In this document: positions 1 through 10,079 of the stretch, piece by piece | Layout: every line of letters begins with the position of its first letter | How positions within the stretch are numbered: position 1 is the first letter of the stretch | Assembly (NCBI GenBank): GCA_963779615.1 | Contig: CAVZZA010000005.1 | Location: forward strand, 416,001-480,000 | Origin: an uncultured Nitrososphaeraceae archaeon | GTDB taxonomy: Archaea; Thermoproteota; Nitrososphaeria; Nitrososphaerales; Nitrososphaeraceae | DNA: 64,000 nucleotides | Direction of reading: 5' to 3' | Made by a program: the position numbers and the translations under genes | Notes under the pieces: generated by a model | Told to the model about the DNA's origin: nothing | What the model saw: only the letters and a program-made list of their open reading frames with translations | Databases searched by the model: none

Positions 1-342
1 GTTCAAAGGCGAAGCATTGAAAATGCTAAAATAGGATTGAAAATGATAAATTCTGGTTTTTCGGTAGGAAAATATCATAATGCAATTTATACAGTAATTC
101 ACTATTTTGATACTGCAAACATTTTCACAACTTTAACACAGTCGGCTGCCATGACGAATAGTTATAGAAGAATGTTATATAACCATTGTCAAACGCAACT
201 AGTTGCGAATTGAAAGTTACTCATTTTATTGAATATGCAAATGTTTAACAAATCTAATGTGTGAAAGGCACGTTAGAATCCATATTAATTTTTAACATTG
301 ATTTTTGACGGTTGTTTTTAAACTGTCAGTATAAAAAAAGTT

Positions 343-624
343 TTACTTTGATATATAATTATAAATCTCAGGAATCTCCTTTTTCAGTTTATCTTTGCCT
401 ATAGGCAAGAAACCTTTATCGTTTCGCAGATTTTCTTTTATTTTTTGATATGGGTTAAAATCCAGTTTTTTACAAATATCACATTCATAAAGCCATTTTA
501 GCAGTATCAAAGTAATTTCTTCATTATTCAATTTTTTGATATTTTTTAGATATGGTATTAATATCCTCCACAAACAAAACTTTCTATGATCTTTCAAAGG
601 AGTTTTCAGCAGCTTTCTATCCAA
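343..624 (-). CDS. PriX-like helical domain; C-terminal part of the primase-polymerase, separated by a frameshift
   Basis: Adding one A at ~615 (GAAAG to GAAAAG) gives a continuous ...IDWIEKLLKTPLKDHRKFCLWRILIPYL..., resembling PriX/primase C-terminal domains. Confidence 0.65.
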   Translation of the reverse strand: MDRKLLKTPLKDHRKFCLWRILIPYLKNIKKLNNEEITLILLKWLYECDICKKLDFNPYQKIKENLRNDKGFLPIGKDKLKKEIPEIYNYISK

Positions 625-1454
625 TCAATTCTGCTCTTTGTTTGGCCATGGCAATAAGAATAATTATTCGTTTTTGCTCTTTCTTCCTCCTCTATTTTTT
701 TTGATAACAAATACGCATAGAAACTGCCAATCAGGTTGAGCATAGTGGTCCTGTTTCCACTCCATTTTTGCAATGCTTTGACTTGGGATTTTTCTGGACT
801 TAACCCTTTGGCAAGACATTTTGAATTAAAAGAGCCAGGAACCCTTGCAAGGCAGGACTTTAATGAGGGGTTATTGCACTTGTCAGCATAGCCACTAGAC
901 AAAAATTCCTTTGTGAACCTCAAAAACCTGTTGCTTGGGTTTTCAACAAAGTTAAAATCCTGTATGTTTTCCAATCTTAAACTGTCAATTGGCTGGTATA
1001 CATGATATCCATTACCGGTATGCAAAACAGTTGGGTTTGAGCAATCGAGTTTTTCCTTAATGTTTTTTAGTGTTTTGTCTAATGCTGTTTCTGCATTCAC
1101 ATAATCATTTTTATCAATATCTATGAAAATGAAGTCCGGCAGTGGATTATCAATTGAAGGAAATGCGTTTATCTTGCAATCTATATAATTGGCTTTTTTA
1201 AATTCCGATATTATGTCTTCTAAGTTATAAACATTGATCTGTTTTCCTTTTGTTCTAAAAGTGGATATAGTTCTGGGAAATAACGGGGTCTGAAAGTGAC
1301 CCAAAATGAATTTAGTGTTTTCAGCAATGCCTTGAAAGTAGTGGCAAGGGTTGTTTTTTCTTACAGCAGTAGTAGCAGCATTAGCAGCAAGATACTGATC
1401 AAAAGTTGCTGAAAGAAATTTTCCCCCTACTATTATATTTTTTAAATCTCCCAT
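606..1454 (-). CDS. Archaeo-eukaryotic primase (AEP) superfamily primase-polymerase, catalytic domain
   Basis: Motif I FIFIDID, motif II TGNGYHVY, and downstream D and LARVPGSFNSK segment. Confidence 0.75.
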   Translation of the reverse strand: MGDLKNIIVGGKFLSATFDQYLAANAATTAVRKNNPCHYFQGIAENTKFILGHFQTPLFPRTISTFRTKGKQINVYNLEDIISEFKKANYIDCKINAFPSIDNPLPDFIFIDIDKNDYVNAETALDKTLKNIKEKLDCSNPTVLHTGNGYHVYQPIDSLRLENIQDFNFVENPSNRFLRFTKEFLSSGYADKCNNPSLKSCLARVPGSFNSKCLAKGLSPEKSQVKALQKWSGNRTTMLNLIGSFYAYLLSKKIEEEERAKTNNYSYCHGQTKSRIDWIESC

Positions 1455-2538
1455 TTCTTTCCCTTAGGTTTTAAGTTGTATTTCTCCAAGTCTATCAATC
1501 CCGGATATGCAATTTTGTTTGGGTGTTTGGAGAATCATTATGTTTTTCATATTCTTTAGGTTTATCGAAGAAATCAAAATCATTACAGTAATAGCATTCA
1601 AATGATTCTTTTTCTTGTTCTATTTCTTCTTCTTGATCATGTGTGTTTTGGTTGCCAAAATCATACAGTGTGTTAGGGGGGTATTTTTCTTGCAGCACTA
1701 TTGGGGATTCCTTTTTATCGTCAATCTCCACATCGGGTGTGAAACCGTCCCTTAAATCTTGAAACTCTTTGCTTAAAAACCATGAGAATTTCGGCTTTAA
1801 CTGTATTGTCTTTTCAGAGTTTTCATTCTCACATTCCAACAAGTCCACAATTCCAAGTCCCTTGAATTCAACCATGGTTCTTTTTGCTGTGGGTTTTGAT
1901 ATGTTCAATGAAAATTCAATTTGAGAAGAGGACAACTTGCCCTCTGCATTCAGTAGCAAATCAAGTATCCTCACCCTTTCAATTGACGCGGTTGAGAGGA
2001 CCACCTTAATGATTAGTGGAATGTCCTCAATGGTGATATAGTTTCTTCCTTGGTTGAGTGCAGATCCCCTTGCAAGGTTTCTGAGTCTGGTTATTGCCCT
2101 GTCCGGCTCCTCGATGATTGGAAGAGAAAAAGCATATTCCGTTCCCTGAGTCTCTTTGGTCTCCCATGTCTGAAGAATGCCCCTTAATGGCGACAATAGG
2201 TTTGCCAGTTTGATTATTATTCTTATGGCTTTTTCCTCGTCTTTGGTTTCTTCCCATATAATTTTTAATGGAAGCCCTTCTTTACCAACTTCTACATTAT
2301 TGTTTTCCCCATTGTTTGAATCAATCTCTTTTATAGGACATTTGTTAAACCATTCAAGATATTCTTCCAACTTGTTTTGCATTTCTCTGACTTTTTCCTG
2401 AAACTGTTTGCCCATTATCTGATCAGATAGTATTGGTCTTCTGATTTCTCTGTGATTTTGGGATTCTAAAAAAATACAGTTTTGGTCCAAGGGTGGAAAG
2501 ATACTTGTGCACCTTTCTTGATATTTCCACTGCGGCAC
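1442..2538 (-). CDS. C-terminal part of MCM-like AAA+ protein (lid, winged helix, C2H2-like Zn finger); frameshifted
   Basis: ORF 1495-2538 has wHTH-like SSSQIEFSLNISKPTAKRTM and CYYC...YEKH; a shifted frame continues KHPNKIAYPGLIDLEKYNLKPKGKKWEI* to 1442, overlapping the primase start. Confidence 0.6.
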
Positions 2539-3328
2539 CTATCCACACGAACATATACTCACCACTATACCCCCTGTGGCCTTGCGCTCCAGTATCGCTT
2601 TCATAGCCCTTGCCGTCCAAAATCCTAATGAGAATCCCAAGCAGTTCAATCAACTCTTCGTCTTTCTTGGCAAAGGTGGGTGACAACTCGGGCGTGAGGA
2701 ACAGTTTGTTTTTGATTTTGGGAAGCAAATCTATTTGGGGCAGGTTTTCCCTTTTTACTGCAGTGCTGTGAGTAACAAAGGATTTGGCACTAAAGTTGTC
2801 AGAATAAAAAGTGTGTTTTGTGTTTCTGAATAGTTCTATACCCAGTGTCTTCATTGAACTTGGCAATCCCAACACTATTCCGGCAAACGGCAGGGTGCAA
2901 TTATCAATATGCAAAATGTTTTTGACAGCAAGTTCAAACTCCAAAGACTCCCAGAGGTTTGGAAAGTTTTTTTCTGCTATTTCTTTTAGTTCATGGTAGT
3001 GTTGAATCAAAGTGGTTTTCCATTCTTCAAAAGTTACGTTTTCTTCACATGCTTTCTCAGGGGATTTATTGATATCTCTTTCCAATCCATAAAGTTGATA
3101 TAGGTTTTTTGAAATGGCGAAAATCAACTCTTCCTTTATTTTGTTATCTTTTGTAAAGTTGTCAAGGTTGTTTCTAATGTTATCAATTGTAGTCATAAAG
3201 TCAGCACTCATTTTTGTCTTTATGGTGTTAGCATTTATCTCAATAGCAATTTCATTATCCTTTAAAAAAAAGTTTGTAACTCCCTTGTTCTTTAATGATT
3301 CTGAGAGTGGAAAATCCTTAATAGTCAT
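2423..3328 (-). CDS. N-terminal and ATPase part of MCM-like AAA+ ATPase (putative replicative helicase)
   Basis: Walker A-like GLPSSMKT, Walker B-like LFLTPE, RILDG segment; frameshift at ~2425-2450 to the next ORF. Confidence 0.6.
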   Translation of the reverse strand: MTIKDFPLSESLKNKGVTNFFLKDNEIAIEINANTIKTKMSADFMTTIDNIRNNLDNFTKDNKIKEELIFAISKNLYQLYGLERDINKSPEKACEENVTFEEWKTTLIQHYHELKEIAEKNFPNLWESLEFELAVKNILHIDNCTLPFAGIVLGLPSSMKTLGIELFRNTKHTFYSDNFSAKSFVTHSTAVKRENLPQIDLLPKIKNKLFLTPELSPTFAKKDEELIELLGILIRILDGKGYESDTGAQGHRGYSGEYMFVWIGAAVEISRKVHKYLSTLGPKLYFFRIPKSQRNQKTNTI

Positions 3329-3506
3329 ATTGAACCCTTGACAATATTCTTAAAATATCGGACTGTTTATCCTCTATTCTCCGTATTACCTTGAATAATT
3401 CAGTGATTATAGGTCCAATAGTATCTATCTGGTTTATTGAAAGTGGTCCTTGAGAAGATTCAAAAGGTTTATAACCTTTTTTGTCAGTGTTGTTTATGTA
3501 ACCCAT
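3318..3506 (-). CDS. Small hypothetical protein (62 aa), short coiled coil
   Basis: Stop overlaps the ATPase start; same strand as its neighbours. Confidence 0.55.
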   Translation of the reverse strand: MGYINNTDKKGYKPFESSQGPLSINQIDTIGPIITELFKVIRRIEDKQSDILRILSRVQYDY

Positions 3507-3524
3507 TTTATACCACTTTTTTGT

Positions 3525-3725
3525 TTATGCTTTTTCTACAATGATTTGGTTAGAGTTTTGCCTTACTTTAACAAAGTCTCCTTTACCAATTCCTATGTTC
3601 AAAGCATATAGTTTGGGAAGAACAATTGAAAAAGAATGCTCACCCATTATTCCCTGAACTTTTCTATACTGATATTCCATTGATTGATTTTCTTTTGAAT
3701 TTTTGAAATTTTCGTTATTTACCAT
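3525..3725 (-). CDS. AbrB/MazE/SpoVT-family DNA-binding protein
   Basis: RKVQ...SFSIVLPKLYALNIGIGKGDFVKV...IIVEK swapped-hairpin pattern. Confidence 0.8.
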   Translation of the reverse strand: MVNNENFKNSKENQSMEYQYRKVQGIMGEHSFSIVLPKLYALNIGIGKGDFVKVRQNSNQIIVEKA

Positions 3726-3936
3726 AACTTGGTCATATACATAAATAAAGAAAAAGAGGTAAAGATTATTGGGGGGCTACCTATTCTAACACAAAAAAAA
3801 GGATATCTGACATGCTCAAAAAACAATTGCAACAGAAGAGGATTTATAGCAAAACGTTTTCGTAAAACCCGAGTTCAAATCCCTAGTAAAAAAAATATTG
3901 ATACAATAGTTAAAGTCTCTAGACTATAACTCAAAG

Positions 3937-5101
3937 TTGTTTTACAGACTATATGAATTTTTAACATACCTGCCTTTTGATAAGAAGCTTGAGGATAAAT
4001 ACAATATTGCCAAATATCAAAGATTTGTCCCCTTTTCGCCTCACACTATAGAAGAAACTATAAGTTTTGAAGACAGATTCAAAAAAATTCTTTCAAAAAA
4101 ATTTGAAAAATACAATAAAAAAAATTCAAATAGTTTGGAAGATAATAAGATAATAACTCCCGCAAAATAATATCGATAACAAAACTCTATACAAACTAAA
4201 TAGAACCATAGACAAAGAGACCGAAAAGAATGTCCTTAGATCGTCCATAGCCTGCCTTTATTATTCCATATCATTTGCTGCATTGAGAGATTTGTATGCT
4301 GAAATGGAGATAACCGGTTTTCAAACACCTTGCTCTCAAGAACTTAAAACTAAAATAGACGAAATTAATAGAATAATCCCAAAATGTCTCTTACTTGTTA
4401 GTTTATCTGGTGAATATCTGGTAGATAAAAGATATCATATTCAGGTGAATAAAATACGGAAATTAATGATAGATTCTTGGGAATTTGGATATAATGCGGC
4501 GTCGACAATAAATTCTTCTGAGTGGTTAATTTGTGAAAAATGCTTAAAGAAGGGACGCAAATCACATTTTGAAAAAGAAGAATGTGCTGTTTGCAAAAAT
4601 TCCAGGAAGAAAATATCAAAGATAAACCCTAAATCAATTCGAACAATGAAATTCAACATTATTAATGATATAAGGCATTACATTTTTTATTATTGTCGTT
4701 TTTTAGATTTTATGAGCAGACTTACAGAACAAATTAAAAACAATGAGCATATTAGAAAGGAATATTTATCGTATTTTAAAGGACATGAGGAACAAATACT
4801 CAAGTCAGAGCATTCTTATCTAAAACAGCCTAGTTATTATATGTGCCATTACGATACGGCAAATCCCTCAAAAAGAAAAACATGTTCATTAACCAAAAAT
4901 GACATTTTGAATGTAAAAATAAACGATAATGAATATAATAAATTAATTATGGACGCTGTTGAAAAAAAACCCATTGATAAAGGTCCTGAAAGGCTAATGG
5001 CAATTCTAGATAAATACAGGTATCCAAAAGAATTCGCTTTAGAAAAAACTTTTATAGATTTTATGAAAATTTCATTAAAAAAATCTGACAATAAAAAGTA
5101 A
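3937..5101 (+). CDS. Hypothetical protein with Zn ribbon (CEKC...CAVC); probably one gene with a frameshift near 4160
   Basis: Frame of ORF 4283-5101 is open back to ~4160 and overlaps the end of ORF 3937-4170. Confidence 0.5.
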
Positions 5102-5453
5102 TATTATTTCTATTATAAAAAAAGAAGCAATTGGTCTAATTATCAAAGTATCAAAATAAAAGGCTGTCACTATTTTCCAATTTATTTATTTTTTAAGTTA
5201 ATGTTATAAGTTGACCATAGTCATTGACAATAAAATCATTTTTTTTACCTTTTAACGGTTTAGTAATAAATTAATATAAGATAACTATCTACTAAGCATA
5301 ATAATTTAATATAGCAACCAAAGTTAAAGGGTCTTTTAATCTAATCAATATAGCAATATTATTGTTCGTTAGTTACAAAAAATGTATTTTTTTAAGATTA
5401 ATACATTTTAAATATCTATTCATGATGGATTAAATTATAGTATAGAATCACCA

Positions 5454-6305
5454 TTAATCAACAGTCAATAATTCTTTAAACAATGAATCCAAAACTGGTT
5501 TTACCTTGTTTGTGATTATCGCATTCACGTCTGGCCTATAGTAATGATTTACAAATATGGAGGAGGGTGTTCTTCCTTGCAGCAAATCGATTATCTCACG
5601 CTCTATACCGTTATTCCTTAAATATGTTGCAAAGACCTTACGACAGTAATACATGTTCGTTTTTAATCCACCTTTTTTGAATATTTTTCTAAAAGAGGTA
5701 TAGTTTAAAGCTCCGACAGTATTTTGTGCCGTCTCCAAAATTTCCTCATTGATTATGCTTAAATACGCTTTTTTTGATATCCTTAGAAAAACATTTGGAA
5801 ATCTATAGTGCAGCAACAACATGCGTTTCTTATCTATATACTCACAGGGTTTATTTTTTATCAGATTAATGGCATTGTAGGATTCATCAGGCCGCAGGCC
5901 AGTCAGTGTGTTAAACAACACAAGGTTCCCGTATTCTTTTGGCAGTCTATGTATGGAATCCCTTATCCATTTAACCATGGAAGAGTAGTTTTGGTCCTCA
6001 TTGCTAAAGATCTTTTCAAAAACGTCATAACCGCTCTTTTTGGGCCACTTTAACTGGTACCTTTTGATTAAATCCAGCCATTTGTCATAAACTCCCAGGT
6101 ATTTTGACAAGGACGACAGAGACTTCATTGCGTGTTGCCTTGTCTCCACAGACAGGTTTAACAGGCATTGGGCGTCTTCCTTTTCCAGAACACCATAAAA
6201 TTTCTTGACATATTGGAGTTTGTTCCTTATGGTATGCGGGCTTTGCTTTTGGGCCATAAGATAGTCTTTAAAGTTGCTCCACAAGTCATTGTCATACACA
6301 GTCAT
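5454..6305 (-). CDS. int: Tyrosine recombinase / integrase, archaeal tRNA-targeting type
   Basis: TGLRPDE (R), ISKK (K), YYCRK (YxxR), LQGR, NHYY (Y); 5' end abuts the att repeat. Confidence 0.9.
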   Translation of the reverse strand: MTVYDNDLWSNFKDYLMAQKQSPHTIRNKLQYVKKFYGVLEKEDAQCLLNLSVETRQHAMKSLSSLSKYLGVYDKWLDLIKRYQLKWPKKSGYDVFEKIFSNEDQNYSSMVKWIRDSIHRLPKEYGNLVLFNTLTGLRPDESYNAINLIKNKPCEYIDKKRMLLLHYRFPNVFLRISKKAYLSIINEEILETAQNTVGALNYTSFRKIFKKGGLKTNMYYCRKVFATYLRNNGIEREIIDLLQGRTPSSIFVNHYYRPDVNAIITNKVKPVLDSLFKELLTVD

Positions 6306-6326
6306 TGATTTTGCAATGCTGTTGCA

Positions 6327-6346
6327 AGAATCCCTCTCCCGGCGCT
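6327..6346 (+). repeat. att site copy 1: 3' end of tRNA-Ser-like sequence
   Basis: AGAATCCCTCTCCCGGCGCT, identical to 12204-12223; matches T-arm 3' side, acceptor strand and G discriminator. Confidence 0.85.
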
Positions 6347-6798
6347 ATACTCCAGGAGACAAGCAATTGTATTATATATTAATAAATTCACAATGTCAAT
6401 AGTTGAGTCACAGCGGTAAAGAGCCAAAACCTTCATTAAATCATTCAAACCACACCATCAATCCACTACAAAGCAATATAATAGATGATAACCGCAATAT
6501 TAAAAATAATCAAGAGATTTGTTTTCATTGATTGGCTTAACCGTCATAATATCTAGAGTTTAGTAATGAGTATTAGATTACCTAAATTTTTAAAAGATAT
6601 CTTATACAAAAATCACACTTAAAATCGTTGACATGGTCCGGGTTGGGTGAAAATCATGAGGATTTCCACAGTGGTCCGATGGAATATTAAAATTCAAAAT
6701 GAATATTGTTCTTTTGTTTGAGTTTGAGTCTTCCGTATATTTTCATGGTCGGCAAACATCTCATCGACATTCTTATATGCTTTCCAACGGAGTGGAGA

Positions 6799-7503
6799 AT
6801 GATGAAAATCATCCTAATTTTTGTGTCGATTATTACAATAACGCTATTGATAACTACACATAGCAGTGACAAAGAGCTCGATCAACTGCAAGCATTAGCC
6901 CAACTGATCAATACAGAATCTAACAACAACAATTCTTCCGCCATTTCTGAAAAGATATCCAATCTCTCTGCTGCTTCTCCTGGCCAGACTATATTTTACA
7001 GGGGGATAGAGGCATCCAAAGAGCCTGTACATGTGAATTTCTCACAACAAGGCGAACAGCATCAGACATTAAACATATTGCCACACCGAGATGACGGTGC
7101 ATCATATAGAGGGATTCTGACGTTTACAGCAACAGAGCCTGTGGATGTAGGAATTGGACATAGAGTGCCCTGGGGTAATTCCTCTTTTTCAAAAATTGAA
7201 TCAGAAGAAATAAGCGAATTGTTTAAGGTTACACACAATGACAAAGGAGAATTAGGAGTGCCTGGTATCGTAAGCGCTCCCTCTAGGATTACACCTGACT
7301 ATGGAATTAACCCGCCCTATTTCTCCGCCTCAATTCCGTTTGTTGGCAGTTCTCTATTCCTAAGCACAATGTCTGGTGAGTATGAGCCGTTCGTTGCTGT
7401 TTACGACGTTTCTGCTGATATCATACAGCCTACGGAATTTGTGGACCTCGATGGTCTCCATATTGGTAATAGTACAAACACAAGTACCACAGCCTTACCA
7501 TAA
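6799..7503 (+). CDS. Secreted or membrane-anchored hypothetical protein
   Basis: ORF 6706-7503; likelier start MMKIILIFVSIITITLLI (signal peptide); N/S/T-rich linkers. Confidence 0.65.
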   Translation: MMKIILIFVSIITITLLITTHSSDKELDQLQALAQLINTESNNNNSSAISEKISNLSAASPGQTIFYRGIEASKEPVHVNFSQQGEQHQTLNILPHRDDGASYRGILTFTATEPVDVGIGHRVPWGNSSFSKIESEEISELFKVTHNDKGELGVPGIVSAPSRITPDYGINPPYFSASIPFVGSSLFLSTMSGEYEPFVAVYDVSADIIQPTEFVDLDGLHIGNSTNTSTTALP

Positions 7504-7922
7504 TTTATTCTTTACTTTCCAATTATTGCTAGATAGAATTTACCGAAAATCCAGATTCCTTGCAAGACGAAGGTTTTTTGGTCTTCTAATAGTCAATACA
7601 CGAGTAAAATCAGTTGATGATTTCAAGTTCTTGAGACGGGTTTTGTTTGTTATATTCCATATCTTGGGAATTGAAAATGAGTAAAACCCCGAATTTTCTC
7701 TTGAGTAGTAATTGATAAGGAAATAAGGATCATAATTGTCTTGGAATAAAAGAACAAGAGCCTTATCCTCAGGTCTACAATTCTGAAAAGAGAATAATCT
7801 CGTTTATTGTAACAGCTCAACTCGCAACCGAGGGAGTTATTGTACACCCGGTGAAAGGCGACTTTCAAAATGAATAAAAAAAGGGGTAATAGGCGATTGC
7901 CTTCCCTAAAGAGGCGGCGGGC

Positions 7923-8607
7923 CTAATAGTTAGGCGTAGGGCCTAAAGAATTGGCTTCACTGGTGATGCAGAAACTTAGCGCATCCTGTTGTATTTGGGT
8001 AAACCCTGGTTGGGCGGCTGCCAAGAGGCTATTGACTTCGTCCAATACCAATTGTCTGTCGTATCGAGTCATATTTCCATTTTCCATTAAATTCCATACC
8101 CCCTCCATATTAGTTATTGGACCGCTACCTCCAGCTATATTTTCATTTATTGATGTTAGTTTGTTGTGCGCAGGTAGTAAGGAGAAAAAAATCTGTACAC
8201 TTTTTGTGTAATTTTGAGCATCGCCAGTGCTTACCTTCGCTTCTCCAACTGTCTTGAAACAATCCATTGTGGCATTACTGAGGCCTTTGAAATGTGAGTG
8301 TATAGGACAAGTATCCATTGTAGCGTTTGACATGAAACAATTCATTTGGGTCGTTTCCTGGGCTTTGCGCTACCACAGACGAATCTGAAACATTTCCGGG
8401 TGTTAAATGGGGATGTTTGCTCAAGCCAGATAATTGCGCTACCACAGACGAATCTGAAACATTTCCGAGGCCTTGCGCTACCACAGACGAATCTGAAAGA
8501 GAGGTTACTGCTGTGAGTCCGGCTACGGCAAAGGCCAGCACAACGAACAAAGCCACTGCTTTTCCTTTTTGGGGCATAATTGTCTCAAACATGCTAATAA
8601 TCTTCAA
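7923..8607 (-). CDS. Secreted Met/Cys/His-rich protein with internal repeats; frameshift near 8347
   Basis: Signal peptide, 3x SDSSVVAQ, 2x SNATMD; removing one A joins ...SPGNDP to MNCFMSNATMD (ORFs 8275-8607 and 7923-8345). Confidence 0.6.
8367..8497. repeat. Three intragenic direct repeats GCGCTACCACAGACGAATCTGAAA
   Basis: Copies near 8367, 8436 and 8475; encode SDSSVVAQ on the minus strand. Confidence 0.85.
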
Positions 8608-8620
8608 ATAACATCATCAC

Positions 8621-10079
8621 CTATTTGACGACCTCAAAGGTACCCATCATGCCAAAGTCCCCATGGAACATCAGGTGGCAGTGAAAGACGGATTTTCCCA
8701 CAAAATCATCAAATGGGATTCGGATGACCACTTCACCTTCAGTTGGAAGAATAACTGTATCTTGGTATCCGTGAGCGTCATATGGTTTTCCGTTAACTGA
8801 CATTACCTGAAAGTCATTTACATGGATATGAAATGGATGGATGTTGCCAGATGAGATTTTATCAAGGTTTACCAACTTCCACTCCTCTACAGTTCCAAGT
8901 TTAGGTTTGATGTCTATTCTGTTAGGATCAAACTTCGTGTTATTTATCGTGTATATCCAATCTCTATCGTTTGATGAGAAATTAAGGACTCGATAATTAG
9001 AGATGTTCGCATTACTCAGGTCTCTCTTTGGAATTAAGCTTGTTGGAAGGGTATCTGCAGGTTTCACATCTTTTTGGTTACCTTGTATATTTACAGTCGC
9101 AACGTGTAAATCGTACGGTGCAGTAAAGGGGTTACTAGGAGCTCCTAATGGAATAGACCCGTTCCCGTTGGCAGTCACCAGTACATCATACCGTTTTCCA
9201 GAAGGAAAGAAAAGAGTATCATTGTTCCATACCTCCCAAACCGGACTTCCATCTTCTGCTATAACATGGAATTTGTTGCCGGGGAGTTCAAGTGTGAGTT
9301 CATTCTCAGGACCGATGTTGGCAAGGCGCCATAACTGGGTCTCGCCTGATTTGATGTTGATAACTGGATTGACTTCCCCGTTAACGGTCAGGCGTTCATG
9401 GCCTGACATTGTGTTACTCAAATCATGCGTAGTAACGAATAGATTGTCAAATGGAAAATCCTTCATGGCAAAGGTCTGTGTTGTGATATTCTGTAATGGC
9501 GCTGGCAATAACTTTTCTAAACCTTCAACAATAAACAAGCCAGACAGACCTGCCGAAACTTGTCCATAAGAAAGCATATGCAAATGTGAATGATACCATA
9601 ACGTGCCTGGATCGTGATCTTTTGGAATATCGACAGAATAATGCTGTGTCTTGCCAGGCGCAACATCCAGAAATACATTATCAGAAGTATTTCCAGGAGA
9701 CACATGAATTCCATGGAAATGGAGGTTGGTAGACTCATTGAGATTGTTTACCAAATCAATCTCCACTCTGTCTCCAGGATAGACATGCAAAGTAGGTCCC
9801 ACGAGAGAACCATTGTATACCATTCCAGTGATTGTCTTGTTGTCAACTTTACCTATCTTGTAATCTGCAACGAGTGTAGTTTGCAAAACACCTTCTTTGC
9901 TGTATACGTCCTGAGACTTTGAAAAGTTCATCCCAGCCAAAGGACGAGGATTGATTTTGGGCAAGGGCGTTATGGTCTGAAGATTCAAATGCAAACACCA
10001 TCACCAAAGCAAACATCGTGATGGAAAAAGCGGATATTAAGCCACAAGTGTTAATGGAGGACCTTATTGTGTGGATCAT
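8621..10079 (-). CDS. Three-domain multicopper oxidase with signal peptide; frameshift near 9940
   Basis: HFHG, WYHSH, HPFHIH and HCHLMFHGDFGM copper motifs; signal peptide lies in ORF 9849-10079 and joins after removal of one T. Confidence 0.9.

Larger units (their letters stand above)
1..6346. mobile_element. Integrated plasmid-like element (module A); left end outside window, right end at tRNA-Ser-like att site
   Basis: Primase-polymerase, AAA+ ATPase, AbrB and tyrosine integrase genes, ending at AGAATCCCTCTCCCGGCGCT (6327-6346). Confidence 0.8.

Noticed and set aside
606-624. Programmed ribosomal frameshift between primase and PriX-like domain
   Set aside because: No slippery heptamer or stimulatory structure seen, and neighbouring genes have similar indels
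3868-3886. GAGTTCAAATCCC as another tRNA fragment
   Set aside because: Only the T-loop-like core matches; no stem or acceptor match
9691-9703. TCCAGGAGACA match to the att right arm
   Set aside because: Lies inside the oxidase coding sequence with no tRNA core nearby; likely chance
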